This document shows, one piece after another, positions 32,155 to 41,830 of a stretch of DNA of 64,000 bases. The translations under genes and the position numbers were made by a program. The notes beneath the pieces were generated by a model. It had not been told where the DNA came from and made no database searches. It saw nothing but the letters and a program-made list of their open reading frames with translations. The number at the start of each line of letters is the position of its first letter. Within the stretch, counting starts at the first letter, position 1. Source of the stretch: Acidobacteriota bacterium (GTDB taxonomy: Bacteria; Acidobacteriota; UBA890; WLXD01); NCBI GenBank assembly GCA_965248695.1, contig CBDFKD010000002.1:3104001-3168000 (forward strand), written 5' to 3'.

Positions 32155-32759
32155 CAGGGTGCTGAAGAACTCCGGTGAGTCTGGTTACGGCGGCGCCACC
32201 AGCGCGCCCATAGCAGGAACGGGCCCACGAGCACGAGCTCACGCCCCATCGCGCGCGCGTTGTGCATGGACAACAAGCTGCGCACGAACTCGCTCGCCGA
32301 GGCCGGACCGCTGACCTTGTCGGCGCGATCGAACAACGGGTACAGCTGCACCCAGGCGTCGGACAGGGGCCACAGCATCTGCTCGCCCGCCGGCGGGCTC
32401 GGGTCGGTTGTGAACGCGTCCAGCAGCACATGCGAGGCGAGCAGCACGGCGACGATGAATGCCGTTTGATACGGCCCTCTCAGTCGGTGCCCGCGGAGTC
32501 TCCACTCCCAGCCGCGGGTCAGCCAGGCCAGCCAACCGAACAGCAGCCCAACCCCGAGCGCGGTGATCAGCGAGTGGCTCGCGCCACGGTGGAATCGGTT
32601 AGGGTCGCCAATCAACAGACCCGGCAAGAGGTCGAGATCGGGGGCGTTGGCGACGCTGATCGCGATCACCAGGCGACGCCACCCGCCGCTCCCACCGTCC
32701 TGGTCGAATGCGGTGTAGACGGCCGCCCCGGCCAGGCTATGGCTGATGGGCAGCGGCAC
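32151..32759 (-). CDS. Membrane-bound metal-dependent hydrolase (YdjM-like)
   Basis: SHSLAG, NAPDLD, HRGASHS, SHVLLD. Confidence 0.88.
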   Translation of the reverse strand: MPLPISHSLAGAAVYTAFDQDGGSGGWRRLVIAISVANAPDLDLLPGLLIGDPNRFHRGASHSLITALGVGLLFGWLAWLTRGWEWRLRGHRLRGPYQTAFIVAVLLASHVLLDAFTTDPSPPAGEQMLWPLSDAWVQLYPLFDRADKVSGPASASEFVRSLLSMHNARAMGRELVLVGPFLLWARWWRRRNQTHRSSSAPC

Positions 32760-32897
32760 GGTCTCGAGTCCGGTTCTTGCCCGCGGCAGTGGCGCTCGTT
32801 AGCATTGTCGAGGCTCGGCTGAGATGCGCTCGGTCGTCGTCAATGATCTCATAGCAGACAGTCGGACAGCCGCCGCGCTTCCTTCCCCCTCCGGGCC

Positions 32898-34778
32898 TTG
32901 GTACGCATCGTGAACCGGCTCCGTTTCGTTGCCGTCCTGGCGCTCGCGCTCAGCGGGAGCGTGGCCTGGCGCACGCCGGGGCTGGCTCCCCCCCCTGCGA
33001 CAGCTCCGTTAGCCTCGTCGATTCCTGCGGCCTCCACGATGCTCGGATTTCGGCCGGCCGTGGTAGTCGACCCGGTACGGGCCATGGCCTGGACCGCGCG
33101 CCGCGGCGAAGGCTCGCGCGTCGTGGCCGCGGTACCTGCCGACGCTCCACCGCGCACCGTGGGTCCGGCCTACGCCGGCGACGACGGAGCCCCGGCGATG
33201 GTATCGACAGGCACCGGCCTGCTGCTGGTAGCCGCGCGACGCAATGGCAACGGCAGCAACTTGTGGAGCCGCCAGTGGGAATCCGGGGCCTGGCGCCAGG
33301 CGGGCCGGATGCCGAGCGCCGGTCGAGAGAATCACCATCCGGCGGTGGCCGCCGACAACAACCTCGCATGGGTGGTCTGGGTGTCCGGAGAGACTGCCGC
33401 ACCGCAGGCCGGCGATCCTCTTTTCGTGGCCCGTTGGAACGGTCGGGAATGGTCCGACCCGGAGAGCTTGCCGGCCGCACCGGGCGAACCGATGGCACCG
33501 GTGATCGCACTCGACCGGAATGGACGACCGGCGGTGGTCTGGGCGGCGGGTGACGGCAACGACGCCGAGGTGTGGATCTCGCGCCGAACCGGCGCGGGCC
33601 GCTGGAGCGTGCCGGTCGCCCTCAGCGACAACGACGTTCCGGACATCCAGCCGTCGATCGCGCGCACCGGAGCCGGGAGCCTGCTGGTGGCCTGGTCAAC
33701 CTACACGCCCGGGGGCTACCAGGTAAGCGCTAGCTCCGAGCGCGGCAGCACGTTCCGGAGCAGACGAACCGTAGCGCCGGCGCCGGCGAGCAGCCCCATG
33801 GTGATCGGCGGAAGCTACGGAGAAGTGCTCTGGTCACGACCGCGGCCGGATGGCGGGTCACGATTGCGGAGCGTCAGCCTCGGGGGAAGAGGGTCGCGTC
33901 AACGCCGCGATCTCTTGACGATTTACAACAGCCGCTACGATGTCGCACTGGGCACCGACGGAGCGGTGATGGCCGCCTGGCAATCGCCCGACGGACTGCG
34001 TGCCGCCAGCGGATCGACCGACTCTGGCGGGCGCGTGTGGATCCGGGCTGCGCCAGCCGACCCGGCAACACCGGTAACCGCAAGCCTCAGCGTCCCCGGG
34101 GGTCTCTCGCTGCCGGGTACCTGGCGTGGGTTCGGAGACAGCATCACGCTCGGAGTCGAGGTCGACGAGAACCTCTTCGAGACGCCGGTTGACGGCTACA
34201 CCGTGCCACTGAGCAGCCATCTGTCCGAGTTTACCAACCACTCAATCGTGGTGATCAACAGCGGCGTCGGTGGCGAGGACACCGCCGCCGGACTCGGACG
34301 CCTCGCCGGTTTGATGGCCACCGCCCCGAAGCAGTACGTGCTCATCTTGTCGGGCGCCAACGACATCGCCGTGCTAGTCGACACGGCCACCATCATCCAG
34401 AACCTCACCGGCATGGTTCGGCAGGTACGACTGGCGGGCTGCTTGCCGCTCCTCGGAACGCTGACCCCGCGCCGCGAGGGTGGCTTCGTGAGCGGCCTCA
34501 ACGACCGCATCAACGAGATCAACGCGAGCCTGCTAGGAATCGCCACCTTCGAAGGCGCCCTCTTTGTTGATCTGCATGCGTCGCTCATCAACCATCCGGA
34601 CTTCTATTCCGACCTCATTCACCCGAATCAGGCCGGCTACGACGCGCTGGCAGAAGGATGGTTCCGCAGCATCGCTCCGTTGCTGACGCGGTTGTTCGAG
34701 AAAGAGGACACCGAGCGCGATGTCGATCGGGCGCGATTGTTCGAGCCGCGAGCGCGATCCGTCCACGGCCAGCAGTGA
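32898..34778 (+). CDS. SGNH/GDSL hydrolase with N-terminal beta-propeller-like repeats
   Basis: FGDSIT, NSGVGGE, GANDI, DLIHPNQAGY; repeated P.......VVW blades. Confidence 0.85.
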   Translation: MVRIVNRLRFVAVLALALSGSVAWRTPGLAPPPATAPLASSIPAASTMLGFRPAVVVDPVRAMAWTARRGEGSRVVAAVPADAPPRTVGPAYAGDDGAPAMVSTGTGLLLVAARRNGNGSNLWSRQWESGAWRQAGRMPSAGRENHHPAVAADNNLAWVVWVSGETAAPQAGDPLFVARWNGREWSDPESLPAAPGEPMAPVIALDRNGRPAVVWAAGDGNDAEVWISRRTGAGRWSVPVALSDNDVPDIQPSIARTGAGSLLVAWSTYTPGGYQVSASSERGSTFRSRRTVAPAPASSPMVIGGSYGEVLWSRPRPDGGSRLRSVSLGGRGSRQRRDLLTIYNSRYDVALGTDGAVMAAWQSPDGLRAASGSTDSGGRVWIRAAPADPATPVTASLSVPGGLSLPGTWRGFGDSITLGVEVDENLFETPVDGYTVPLSSHLSEFTNHSIVVINSGVGGEDTAAGLGRLAGLMATAPKQYVLILSGANDIAVLVDTATIIQNLTGMVRQVRLAGCLPLLGTLTPRREGGFVSGLNDRINEINASLLGIATFEGALFVDLHASLINHPDFYSDLIHPNQAGYDALAEGWFRSIAPLLTRLFEKEDTERDVDRARLFEPRARSVHGQQ

Positions 34779-36202
34779 GTGGCGCGGACCGCATCGATCG
34801 CCGCCGTTTCGTACTGGGAGCACTCGGAAGCGCGTCGCTGCTTCACCGGCCGCGGGCCAAACGACAAGCGCGTGCAGCGACTCGGTGGCACTGGCCGCTC
34901 GACCTCGACGGTGACGGTGTCATCTCGGCGGCCGACCGCGCGTTGCTCGCCGGCCTTCAAGAATCGACCCGCGGCAGCCGACTACGTCCGCGCGGCGCGT
35001 GGGACACACGCCTCGATTTTCTCGCCCGTGGCCGCATCGGCGCCGATCAACTACGCCTATACGACAGCTTGCGTCCGACACTCGGGACGCGGCTTTCGCC
35101 CCGACCCATCGTGGCGTGCTGGCACTACGGCTGGTACCGGCCGGGCCGCCGGCGGGGCGAGCCGCCCACGATCCGTTACCTGGGTGGCAGCTACCTGTCG
35201 CGCGATCGGCGCACCGAAGAGGAGTTCAATGCCCTCAAGGAAGAGTTCGGCATCAGCGCCGATCTGTTGTCGTGGACCGACGAGCGCCTGTTGTTGCAAA
35301 CGTACGAGCGCGCCTACTTCGGTGCTTCGAACCACGACCGACGGCAATTCGGATTGCTCTACGAGAGCAACATCAGCCTCGGTACCACGAAACGAATCGA
35401 CCTGGCGCCGGACAAGCCGGCGTTCGACAAGCTGGTGCGGGACTTCCGACGCATGGGTAGTTGGCTGGCGGATCTCGGCAGTGACCGGTTGCTACGATTC
35501 GACGGGCGGCCGGTGGTCTTCGTTTTCGGATCCCATACGTTCGGGCCCGAGCGGCGCGACCTGCCGCACGTTGGCAGCGCGCTCGAACAAGCCCGCAGTG
35601 CCTTCGCCGAGGCGTTCGGCACCGCGCCTTGGCTGATCGGGGATGAGGCGCTCTTCCCTGCCGATCCGGGGGTCGGGCCTGATCGCCTGTTTCGTGCCGC
35701 CTATTTCGATGCGGTATCGCGCTACCACCACTACGACGCCGGTCAGATACGAGCCCTCGGGAACGGCCGCGCCGTGCGACTCGACGCCGCTCATCGCAGG
35801 CGACTGGTAGCCAACGAAGCTCGCACGATGGCGGGGTACCGTTCGGTGCGCAACCACTACAGCCGCCGGCCGCTGCTGGTGGTCCCGTCGAGCGCGGCGG
35901 GCTTCGCCAAGGCAAAGCTGCCTTCGCTGGTTGCCAGCCGCGACGACTACAGCGCACTGCTGGCGGCAATGCAGCAACTCACCGACGATCACCTCGCGGA
36001 TCGACACGCCAAGCAGGTCGGCACGGCGACGATTCCCGCGCCGCTGGTGATCGCCGGCTCCTGGAATGAAGAGTTCGAGGGGCACGCGCTCATGCCGGCG
36101 GCGTCGAACCGCGCGCTGATCGAGAAGCGCGACGGCGGTTTCGACTGGCTGCAGGCGCTCAAGTCGATCTATGGCTCGGATAGTCGGGCCGGGCGAAGCT
36201 AG
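34775..36202 (+). CDS. Glycoside hydrolase GH99/GH71-like protein with dockerin-like Ca loop
   Basis: DRRRFV N-terminus, DLDGDGVISAAD, ACWHYGWY, FDGRPVVFVF, SWNEEFEGH; GTG overlaps the upstream stop. Confidence 0.6.
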   Translation: MSGADRIDRRRFVLGALGSASLLHRPRAKRQARAATRWHWPLDLDGDGVISAADRALLAGLQESTRGSRLRPRGAWDTRLDFLARGRIGADQLRLYDSLRPTLGTRLSPRPIVACWHYGWYRPGRRRGEPPTIRYLGGSYLSRDRRTEEEFNALKEEFGISADLLSWTDERLLLQTYERAYFGASNHDRRQFGLLYESNISLGTTKRIDLAPDKPAFDKLVRDFRRMGSWLADLGSDRLLRFDGRPVVFVFGSHTFGPERRDLPHVGSALEQARSAFAEAFGTAPWLIGDEALFPADPGVGPDRLFRAAYFDAVSRYHHYDAGQIRALGNGRAVRLDAAHRRRLVANEARTMAGYRSVRNHYSRRPLLVVPSSAAGFAKAKLPSLVASRDDYSALLAAMQQLTDDHLADRHAKQVGTATIPAPLVIAGSWNEEFEGHALMPAASNRALIEKRDGGFDWLQALKSIYGSDSRAGRS

Positions 36203-36215
36203 TAAACTGCGCGCC

Positions 36216-36503
36216 ATGGCAGGACCGGAGCGTATCCAACGCGTCGCCGAGCTCGCTCGGCTCGAGCTTTCGGCCGCCGAGTGCGAACAGCTGGCGCCAC
36301 AGATCGACAGCATCCTCGCCTACGTCGATCAGCTTCGGCAGATCGACGTAACCGAGGTCGCACACACCCGCAACCTGCGAGAAGACGCGGACGTGCGACG
36401 CGCCGACGAGGCCCGGCCCTCGTTGCCCCGCGAGCGCACCTTCGAGGGTGCCCCCGAGATTGTCGACGAGCAGTTCGCCCTGCCGCGCGTGATCCCGGGG
36501 TAG
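36216..36503 (+). CDS. gatC: Asp/Glu-tRNA amidotransferase subunit C
   Basis: VAELARLEL...ILAYVDQLRQIDVT...RADEARPSL...FALPRVI. Confidence 0.93.
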   Translation: MAGPERIQRVAELARLELSAAECEQLAPQIDSILAYVDQLRQIDVTEVAHTRNLREDADVRRADEARPSLPRERTFEGAPEIVDEQFALPRVIPG

Positions 36504-36517
36504 GCGGTGGTACGCAG

Positions 36518-37954
36518 ATGAGCGGCGAGCTCGGGGATCTCTCGGTGACGGCGACGGTGGACGGGGTCCAGCGCGGCACGATCAGCGCCCTGGATCGTGT
36601 CGACTCGGCGCTCGATCGTATCGCGGAGCGCAACTCGACCGTGCACGCGTTCCTCGAAGTATGGCCGGAGGAGGCGCGCGACGCCGCCCGCACGATCGAC
36701 ACCAGCTCCGAGAAGCAAGACCTGCCGCTCGCCGGGGTTCCGGTGGCGCTCAAGGACAATCTCTGTCTCCAGGGTCACATCGCGTCGGCCGGCTCCAGAA
36801 TCCTCCGCGACTGGGTATCGCCCTATTCGGCAACCGCCGTGCAACGACTGCTCGACGCCGGCGCCATTCCGGTCGGGCGCGCCAACATGGATGAATTCGC
36901 CATGGGCTCGTCGACGGAGAACTCCTCCGTCGGACCGACCGATAACCCGGTGGCGCCTGGCCGGGTTCCGGGGGGCAGCAGCGGCGGGCCGGCAGCAGCC
37001 GTCGCCGCCGGCATGGTTCCGGCAGCGCTGGGCTCCGACACCGGCGGCTCGGTACGCCAGCCAGCCTCGTTTTGCGGCATCGTCGGGCTCAAGCCGACGT
37101 ACGGTCGGGTCTCGCGCTACGGTCTCATCGCCTTCGCTTCGTCGCTCGATCAGATCGGCCCGCTGTGCACCGATGTCGGCGACACCGCCCACGTGCTCAA
37201 GGCGATCGCCGGACACGATCACTGCGACGCCACTAGCCTCGACAGTCCGGTCGACGACTACCCGACGCTGCTGTCGGATGCGGCCACACCGGTGCGCCTC
37301 GGAGTCGCCTCCGACTGGCGCGGCGAAGGAATCGACGTAGAGGTCGCCGGCCGCTTCGAAGCCACCCTCCAAACGCTATCAAACCAGGGCGTCGAGATAG
37401 AGACCATCGAGCTTCCGCACGCCGCCTACGCCGTGGCGACCTACTACGTCATCGCCACTGCCGAGGCGAGCTCGAACCTGGCACGCTACGACGGCGTGCG
37501 CTATGGGCATCGCGCCGACGCCGACGACCCGATCGAGATGCTGCGCCGGAGCCGCAGCGAGGGGTTCGGCGCCGAGGTCAAGCGACGCATCCTGCTCGGC
37601 ACCTTCGTGTTGTCGGCCGGCTATCACGACGAGTACTACGGTCGCGCCCAGCGCGTGCGCACGCTCGTGTGCCGCGACTTCGACGCCGCCTTCGCCAACG
37701 TCGACGCCATCATCGGCCCTACAAGCCCGACGGTGGCCTTCGAGCTCGGCGAGCGCACCGCCGATCCGCTGGCCATGTACTTGAGCGATATCTACACCGT
37801 GCCGGCGAGCCTCGCCGGGCTGCCGGCGATTTCCGTCCCTGCTGCCGGCGATGGCGATGCCCTGCCCGTCGGCATCCAGCTGGTCGGACCGCAGCTGTCC
37901 GAAGCGCGGCTGCTGCAGATCGCGCACCGGGTCGAAACCGCCCTCCGTAGCTGA
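36518..37954 (+). CDS. gatA: Asp/Glu-tRNA amidotransferase subunit A
   Basis: PVALKDN, NMDEFAMGSSTENS, PGGSSGG, GSDTGGSVRQPA, SSNLARYDGVRYG, EVKRRILLG. Confidence 0.96.
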   Translation: MSGELGDLSVTATVDGVQRGTISALDRVDSALDRIAERNSTVHAFLEVWPEEARDAARTIDTSSEKQDLPLAGVPVALKDNLCLQGHIASAGSRILRDWVSPYSATAVQRLLDAGAIPVGRANMDEFAMGSSTENSSVGPTDNPVAPGRVPGGSSGGPAAAVAAGMVPAALGSDTGGSVRQPASFCGIVGLKPTYGRVSRYGLIAFASSLDQIGPLCTDVGDTAHVLKAIAGHDHCDATSLDSPVDDYPTLLSDAATPVRLGVASDWRGEGIDVEVAGRFEATLQTLSNQGVEIETIELPHAAYAVATYYVIATAEASSNLARYDGVRYGHRADADDPIEMLRRSRSEGFGAEVKRRILLGTFVLSAGYHDEYYGRAQRVRTLVCRDFDAAFANVDAIIGPTSPTVAFELGERTADPLAMYLSDIYTVPASLAGLPAISVPAAGDGDALPVGIQLVGPQLSEARLLQIAHRVETALRS

Positions 37955-38044
37955 TCGGCTCCGGGACCATCGCCTCCTCCTCTCTCCTGGCCTGCGCCTC
38001 GCAAAACCCTGTCGCCAGACCCACCACACTTTCACCACAGCCTG

Positions 38045-38842
38045 CTAGATCCCGAAGAACGTGCGGCAGTTGGCAGCGGTGATCGTGGCGACCTCCTCTG
38101 GGTCGACGCCATGAATCGTCGCCAGGCATGCGGCCACCGCACCAACGAACGCCGGCTCGTTGCGCCTGCCGCGGTGCGGCACCGGCGCAAGATAGGGGGC
38201 GTCGGTCTCGATCAGCGTGCGCTCCAGCGGCACCACAGCGGCGCTGCGCCGAACCGGCTCGGCGTTGGGGAAGGTCACGATACCCGAGAACGAGACGTAG
38301 AAACCGGCATCGACGGCCGCCGCAGCCATCGCTTCGCTCTCTGTAAAGCAGTGGATGACGCCGCCCAGGCGTGACTTCTCCGGATCCCCATCGGCGCCCG
38401 CATCGAGAATCATCGCCACCACGTCGTCCTCGGCCTCGCGACTGTGCACCACCACCGGCAGCTGGCGCTCCACCGCCCACTGGAGTTGCTCGCCGAACAG
38501 GTCGCGCTGCTCGTCGGGTGGCATGTCGTAGTGGTAGTCGAGACCGATCTCGCCCACCGCGACGATGCGCGGTCGGGTCAGCAACTGTTGCACCTCGGCT
38601 CGGGCGCTCGCGTGCGCCTCGGCTACGTTGTGCGGTGCGAAGCCCACGGTGCCGTACAGCGCCGGTGACGCTACCGGAGGACGGACGGCCACCAGCTCTG
38701 CCACCTGATGGCTCGACTCGAGGTTGTAGCCGATCACCACCACAGCCTCGACGCCAGCCGCTGCGGCGCGCCGCAGCGTCTCGTCGCGGTCCTCGTCGAA
38801 GCGCTCATCCGTCAAGTGAGCGTGCGAATCGATGAGCTTCAA
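38045..38842 (-). CDS. tatD: TatD family hydrolase
   Basis: LIDSHAH, AVGEIGLDYHY, VHSRE, IHCF, ETDAPYLAP, RGRRNEP. Confidence 0.95.
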   Translation of the reverse strand: MKLIDSHAHLTDERFDEDRDETLRRAAAAGVEAVVVIGYNLESSHQVAELVAVRPPVASPALYGTVGFAPHNVAEAHASARAEVQQLLTRPRIVAVGEIGLDYHYDMPPDEQRDLFGEQLQWAVERQLPVVVHSREAEDDVVAMILDAGADGDPEKSRLGGVIHCFTESEAMAAAAVDAGFYVSFSGIVTFPNAEPVRRSAAVVPLERTLIETDAPYLAPVPHRGRRNEPAFVGAVAACLATIHGVDPEEVATITAANCRTFFGI

Positions 38843-39159
38843 CGCACCCGTTGCCCGGCCGGCATCCAACCATCGAACGTCGCCAGCATCGGGCTGCCAT
38901 CGACGTCGGCGGCCAGCACCATGCCCTGCGATTCGACACCACGAATCGTCGCTGGCTCGAGGTTGGCCACGACGATGATCTTCTTGCCCGGCAGCTCGGC
39001 AGCGTCGTACACCGCGGCGATCCCGGCAACCAGGGTGCGTTTCTCGTCGCCCAGGTCGACGGTGAGCTTCAGCAGCTTGTCCGTATTCGGAACGCGCTCG
39101 GCGGTCTCGATACGGGCGGTCCGTAGCTCGATTTCCATGAAGTCCTTGATCGAGATCAT
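38839..39159 (-). CDS. Stand-alone tRNA-binding domain (MetRS C-terminal/Trbp111-like)
   Basis: ISIKDFMEIELR, DKLLKLTVDLG, VANLEPATIRGVESQGMVLAA. Confidence 0.9.
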   Translation of the reverse strand: MISIKDFMEIELRTARIETAERVPNTDKLLKLTVDLGDEKRTLVAGIAAVYDAAELPGKKIIVVANLEPATIRGVESQGMVLAADVDGSPMLATFDGWMPAGQRVR

Positions 39160-39291
39160 TGGCGTTCCTACTCGCTGTTCCGAATTGAGGTGGCTCGGTT
39201 TCTCACGGCAGACACGGCGGCGCTCCTTGAAGCAGGCGAGAACCCGCCGCGCCGACAACCGGGTAATTGTGGAACAAATCGTTACAGGCCA

Positions 39292-40026
39292 CTAGAGCAG
39301 CCCGCGCTCCCGGAAGCTCACGAAACCCTCGGCGCCGACCACGAGGTGATCGAGCACGCGGATGCCCAGCATCTCGCCGGCCTCGAGGAGTTGCCGCGTG
39401 ATGCCGACGTCCTCTCGACTTGGCGTCGGATCGCCCGAGGGGTGGTTGTGGAACAACACGAGCGCCGGCGCAGCGGCCAGCAGGCTGTGTCGAAAGACCT
39501 CGCGGGGTCGGACGACGCTGGCGCTCCAGCCGCCTCGCGACAGGACGCGCTCGCGCAGGTAACGGTTGCGACCGTCCAGCAGCACCACACCGAAGCACTC
39601 GGCGCGCTCGGCGCCGTAGCGCAGCATCAGGTGACGTCCGAGCTCGCGTGGACGGCGGATGACGTGGCCCCGGGCCGGCGCCGGCCCCGCCAGCCGGCGC
39701 GCCATCTCGAACAGCGCCGCCAGCCGCGCCGCCGAGGCCACCCCTACCCCGGGCTCCGCCCGCCACTCCTGCGGTTCCCGGCGAGCGAGCTCCCGAAGGC
39801 CCCCATCGCGCAGCAGCGACCGCGCCACTACGGCGCCAGATCGACCCCGGTAGCCGTGCCCGATGACCAGCGTCAGCAACTCGGCGTCGCTCAGCGACCG
39901 CGCCCCGAGCTCGTCAAGGCGTTCTCGTGGACGATCGGCGGGACCCAACACGGTCCTGTCGCCCGGTGCATCAAGCTCCCGACGCCAGTCTCCCTGAGAC
40001 CCGGTGTCCTCGGGCCCCGATTCCAC
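39292..40026 (-). CDS. radC: RadC family (JAB domain) protein
   Basis: RPRERL...LSDAELL, PREVF, HNHPSGDPTPSRED, VLDHLVV; start uncertain. Confidence 0.92.
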   Translation of the reverse strand: MESGPEDTGSQGDWRRELDAPGDRTVLGPADRPRERLDELGARSLSDAELLTLVIGHGYRGRSGAVVARSLLRDGGLRELARREPQEWRAEPGVGVASAARLAALFEMARRLAGPAPARGHVIRRPRELGRHLMLRYGAERAECFGVVLLDGRNRYLRERVLSRGGWSASVVRPREVFRHSLLAAAPALVLFHNHPSGDPTPSREDVGITRQLLEAGEMLGIRVLDHLVVGAEGFVSFRERGLL

Positions 40027-40253
40027 CTTTGATAGAATTCCTCCAGCGTGCGACCTGTCCGTTGCGATGATGGCCCCCGCGCGGTTTGCCGTCGGGTCCG
40101 CCCGGCCCGGGATCGCTTCCTGGCGGTTATCGTCCACTAGACGGGCGCTGTGGCCTGCGATCCGGCGCAAACGCAGGTTTCATCGACTTTCTTCGCCTCT
40201 CCGACGTCCCATTCTTTGGAGACACGAGAATGGTAAGGGCCTCTGGAACACAA

Positions 40254-40847
40254 ATGGCAGAAGCGCCCGTAGCTCCCAGTGACGAACAACTCGTGGCCCG
40301 ATCTGTCGGCGGCGACGTCGGGGCGTTCAACGAGCTCGTGGTGCGCTGGGAGGGGCCACTGTACAAGTTCGTCTACCGCTATATGGGCGACGGCGAGGAG
40401 GCGCGCGACGTCTGCCAGGAAGCGTTCCTGCGCGCCTATTCGAACCTTGACCGATTTCGCAGCAAGGCGAAGTTCTCGTCGTGGCTGTACCAGATCGCGC
40501 TCAATCAGTGCCGCAGTCAGTTTCGCCGCAAGCAGTCGCGGCCGACGGTGGCGCTGGACGACGACGACAACCAGCACCAGTTGCGGCTGGTACAGGACTC
40601 CGCCGAGGCGCCGGATCGTGAGGCCATGGGACGGCAGCGCTCGAAAGTACTCGCGGCCGCCGTCGCGCAGCTACCCGATTCGCAGCGCGAAGTGATACTT
40701 CTCAAGCAGTACCACGGGCTGAAATTCCGCGAGATCGCGGAAATGCTCGGAACACCTGAAAGCACAGTGAAGTCCCGCCTCTACCACGGCCTCGAAACAC
40801 TGGCCAAGAGCCTGGGGCACTTGAAGACCGAGGGGTTGGAGATATGA
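40254..40847 (+). CDS. ECF RNA polymerase sigma factor
   Basis: SDEQLV...AFNELV, DVCQEAFLRAY, FSSWLYQIALN, EIAEMLGTPESTVKSRL. Confidence 0.94.
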   Translation: MAEAPVAPSDEQLVARSVGGDVGAFNELVVRWEGPLYKFVYRYMGDGEEARDVCQEAFLRAYSNLDRFRSKAKFSSWLYQIALNQCRSQFRRKQSRPTVALDDDDNQHQLRLVQDSAEAPDREAMGRQRSKVLAAAVAQLPDSQREVILLKQYHGLKFREIAEMLGTPESTVKSRLYHGLETLAKSLGHLKTEGLEI

Positions 40848-41830
40848 GCGGCGAGCACAAGGACCTACAGGAGCTACTGGTCGAGCTCGAGTACGGCGAG
40901 CTCGATGCGGCGGATCGCGACGCAGCGCAGGCACGGATCGACGAGCATCCCGAGCTCGTGCGCATGCAGCAAGCGTTCCGCGCCGTGCGCGAGGATCTGT
41001 CGACCTGGGACGAGATCGAGGGGCAGCCGGCACGCATCGCCTTCGTGACCATGCCCGGCGAAGGGCGCAGCAGCGCCGGTACGACGTTCGGCGCCGGCAG
41101 CACATTCGGCTGGATGAAAGGCGCCGCCATGGCGGCCAGCTTCGTGTTCGGTATCCTGCTCGCTGCGGCGTTCGCCAGCACCAGCCTGACGCGTACCGAG
41201 ACCGGCTGGACGCTCAGCACCGGGTTCTCGCGCGCCGCAGCAACATCGCCAGTCGCACCGTCGCCGGCGGAACGGTCGCCAGCGCAGCCAGGATCGGAGC
41301 CGACCGCCGCCAACTCGGTCGGCAATTCCGCTGGCCAGGCTTCACTCGGTCAGGTGCCTGTGGGCACCGTTCCGAGCGGCACAGTTCCGAGCGGCTCAGT
41401 TCCCTCCGGCCCGATTTCCAGCAGCCCAGTCGGCAACAGCCCTGTAATGGGCACCGTCTCCGGCGTCCGTACGGTCTCGGGCGGGCAGGCACAGCCGTTC
41501 CGTATGTCTCGCAGCCAGTTCGGCATCGACCCGATGCTGGGCGAGGTGCCCGGTGATCGCGAGCAGCAGCTTCGCGCCTTGGTGCGCGAGATGGTCACCG
41601 CCGCCGAACAACGCCAGCGCCTACAGATGGACAGCCTGCTGACCGACCTTTACCAGACCTTCGACACCCAGCGCACCAGCGACCTGAGCGTGGTGTTCGA
41701 CGAGCTGGGGCTGCTGCGCTCGTCCACCGGACTCGAGCTGCAGCGCACCAACGAGGTCATCGACTTCCTGGTCACGCGGATGGGCAACGACCTCGAGGTA
41801 CAGGTGCCGGAGCAACGCGATGACGACTGA
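40844..41830 (+). CDS. Putative anti-sigma factor (one TM) with a VPSGT-type repeat linker
   Basis: Overlaps the sigma stop; LVELEYGELD N-terminal helix, TM AAMAASFVFGILLAAAF, C-terminal coiled coil. Confidence 0.7.
   Translation: MSGEHKDLQELLVELEYGELDAADRDAAQARIDEHPELVRMQQAFRAVREDLSTWDEIEGQPARIAFVTMPGEGRSSAGTTFGAGSTFGWMKGAAMAASFVFGILLAAAFASTSLTRTETGWTLSTGFSRAAATSPVAPSPAERSPAQPGSEPTAANSVGNSAGQASLGQVPVGTVPSGTVPSGSVPSGPISSSPVGNSPVMGTVSGVRTVSGGQAQPFRMSRSQFGIDPMLGEVPGDREQQLRALVREMVTAAEQRQRLQMDSLLTDLYQTFDTQRTSDLSVVFDELGLLRSSTGLELQRTNEVIDFLVTRMGNDLEVQVPEQRDDD

Noticed and set aside
39292-40026. radC as a marker of a mobile or anti-defence element
   Set aside because: Full-length chromosomal-type RadC in a housekeeping context (tatD, tRNA-binding domain)
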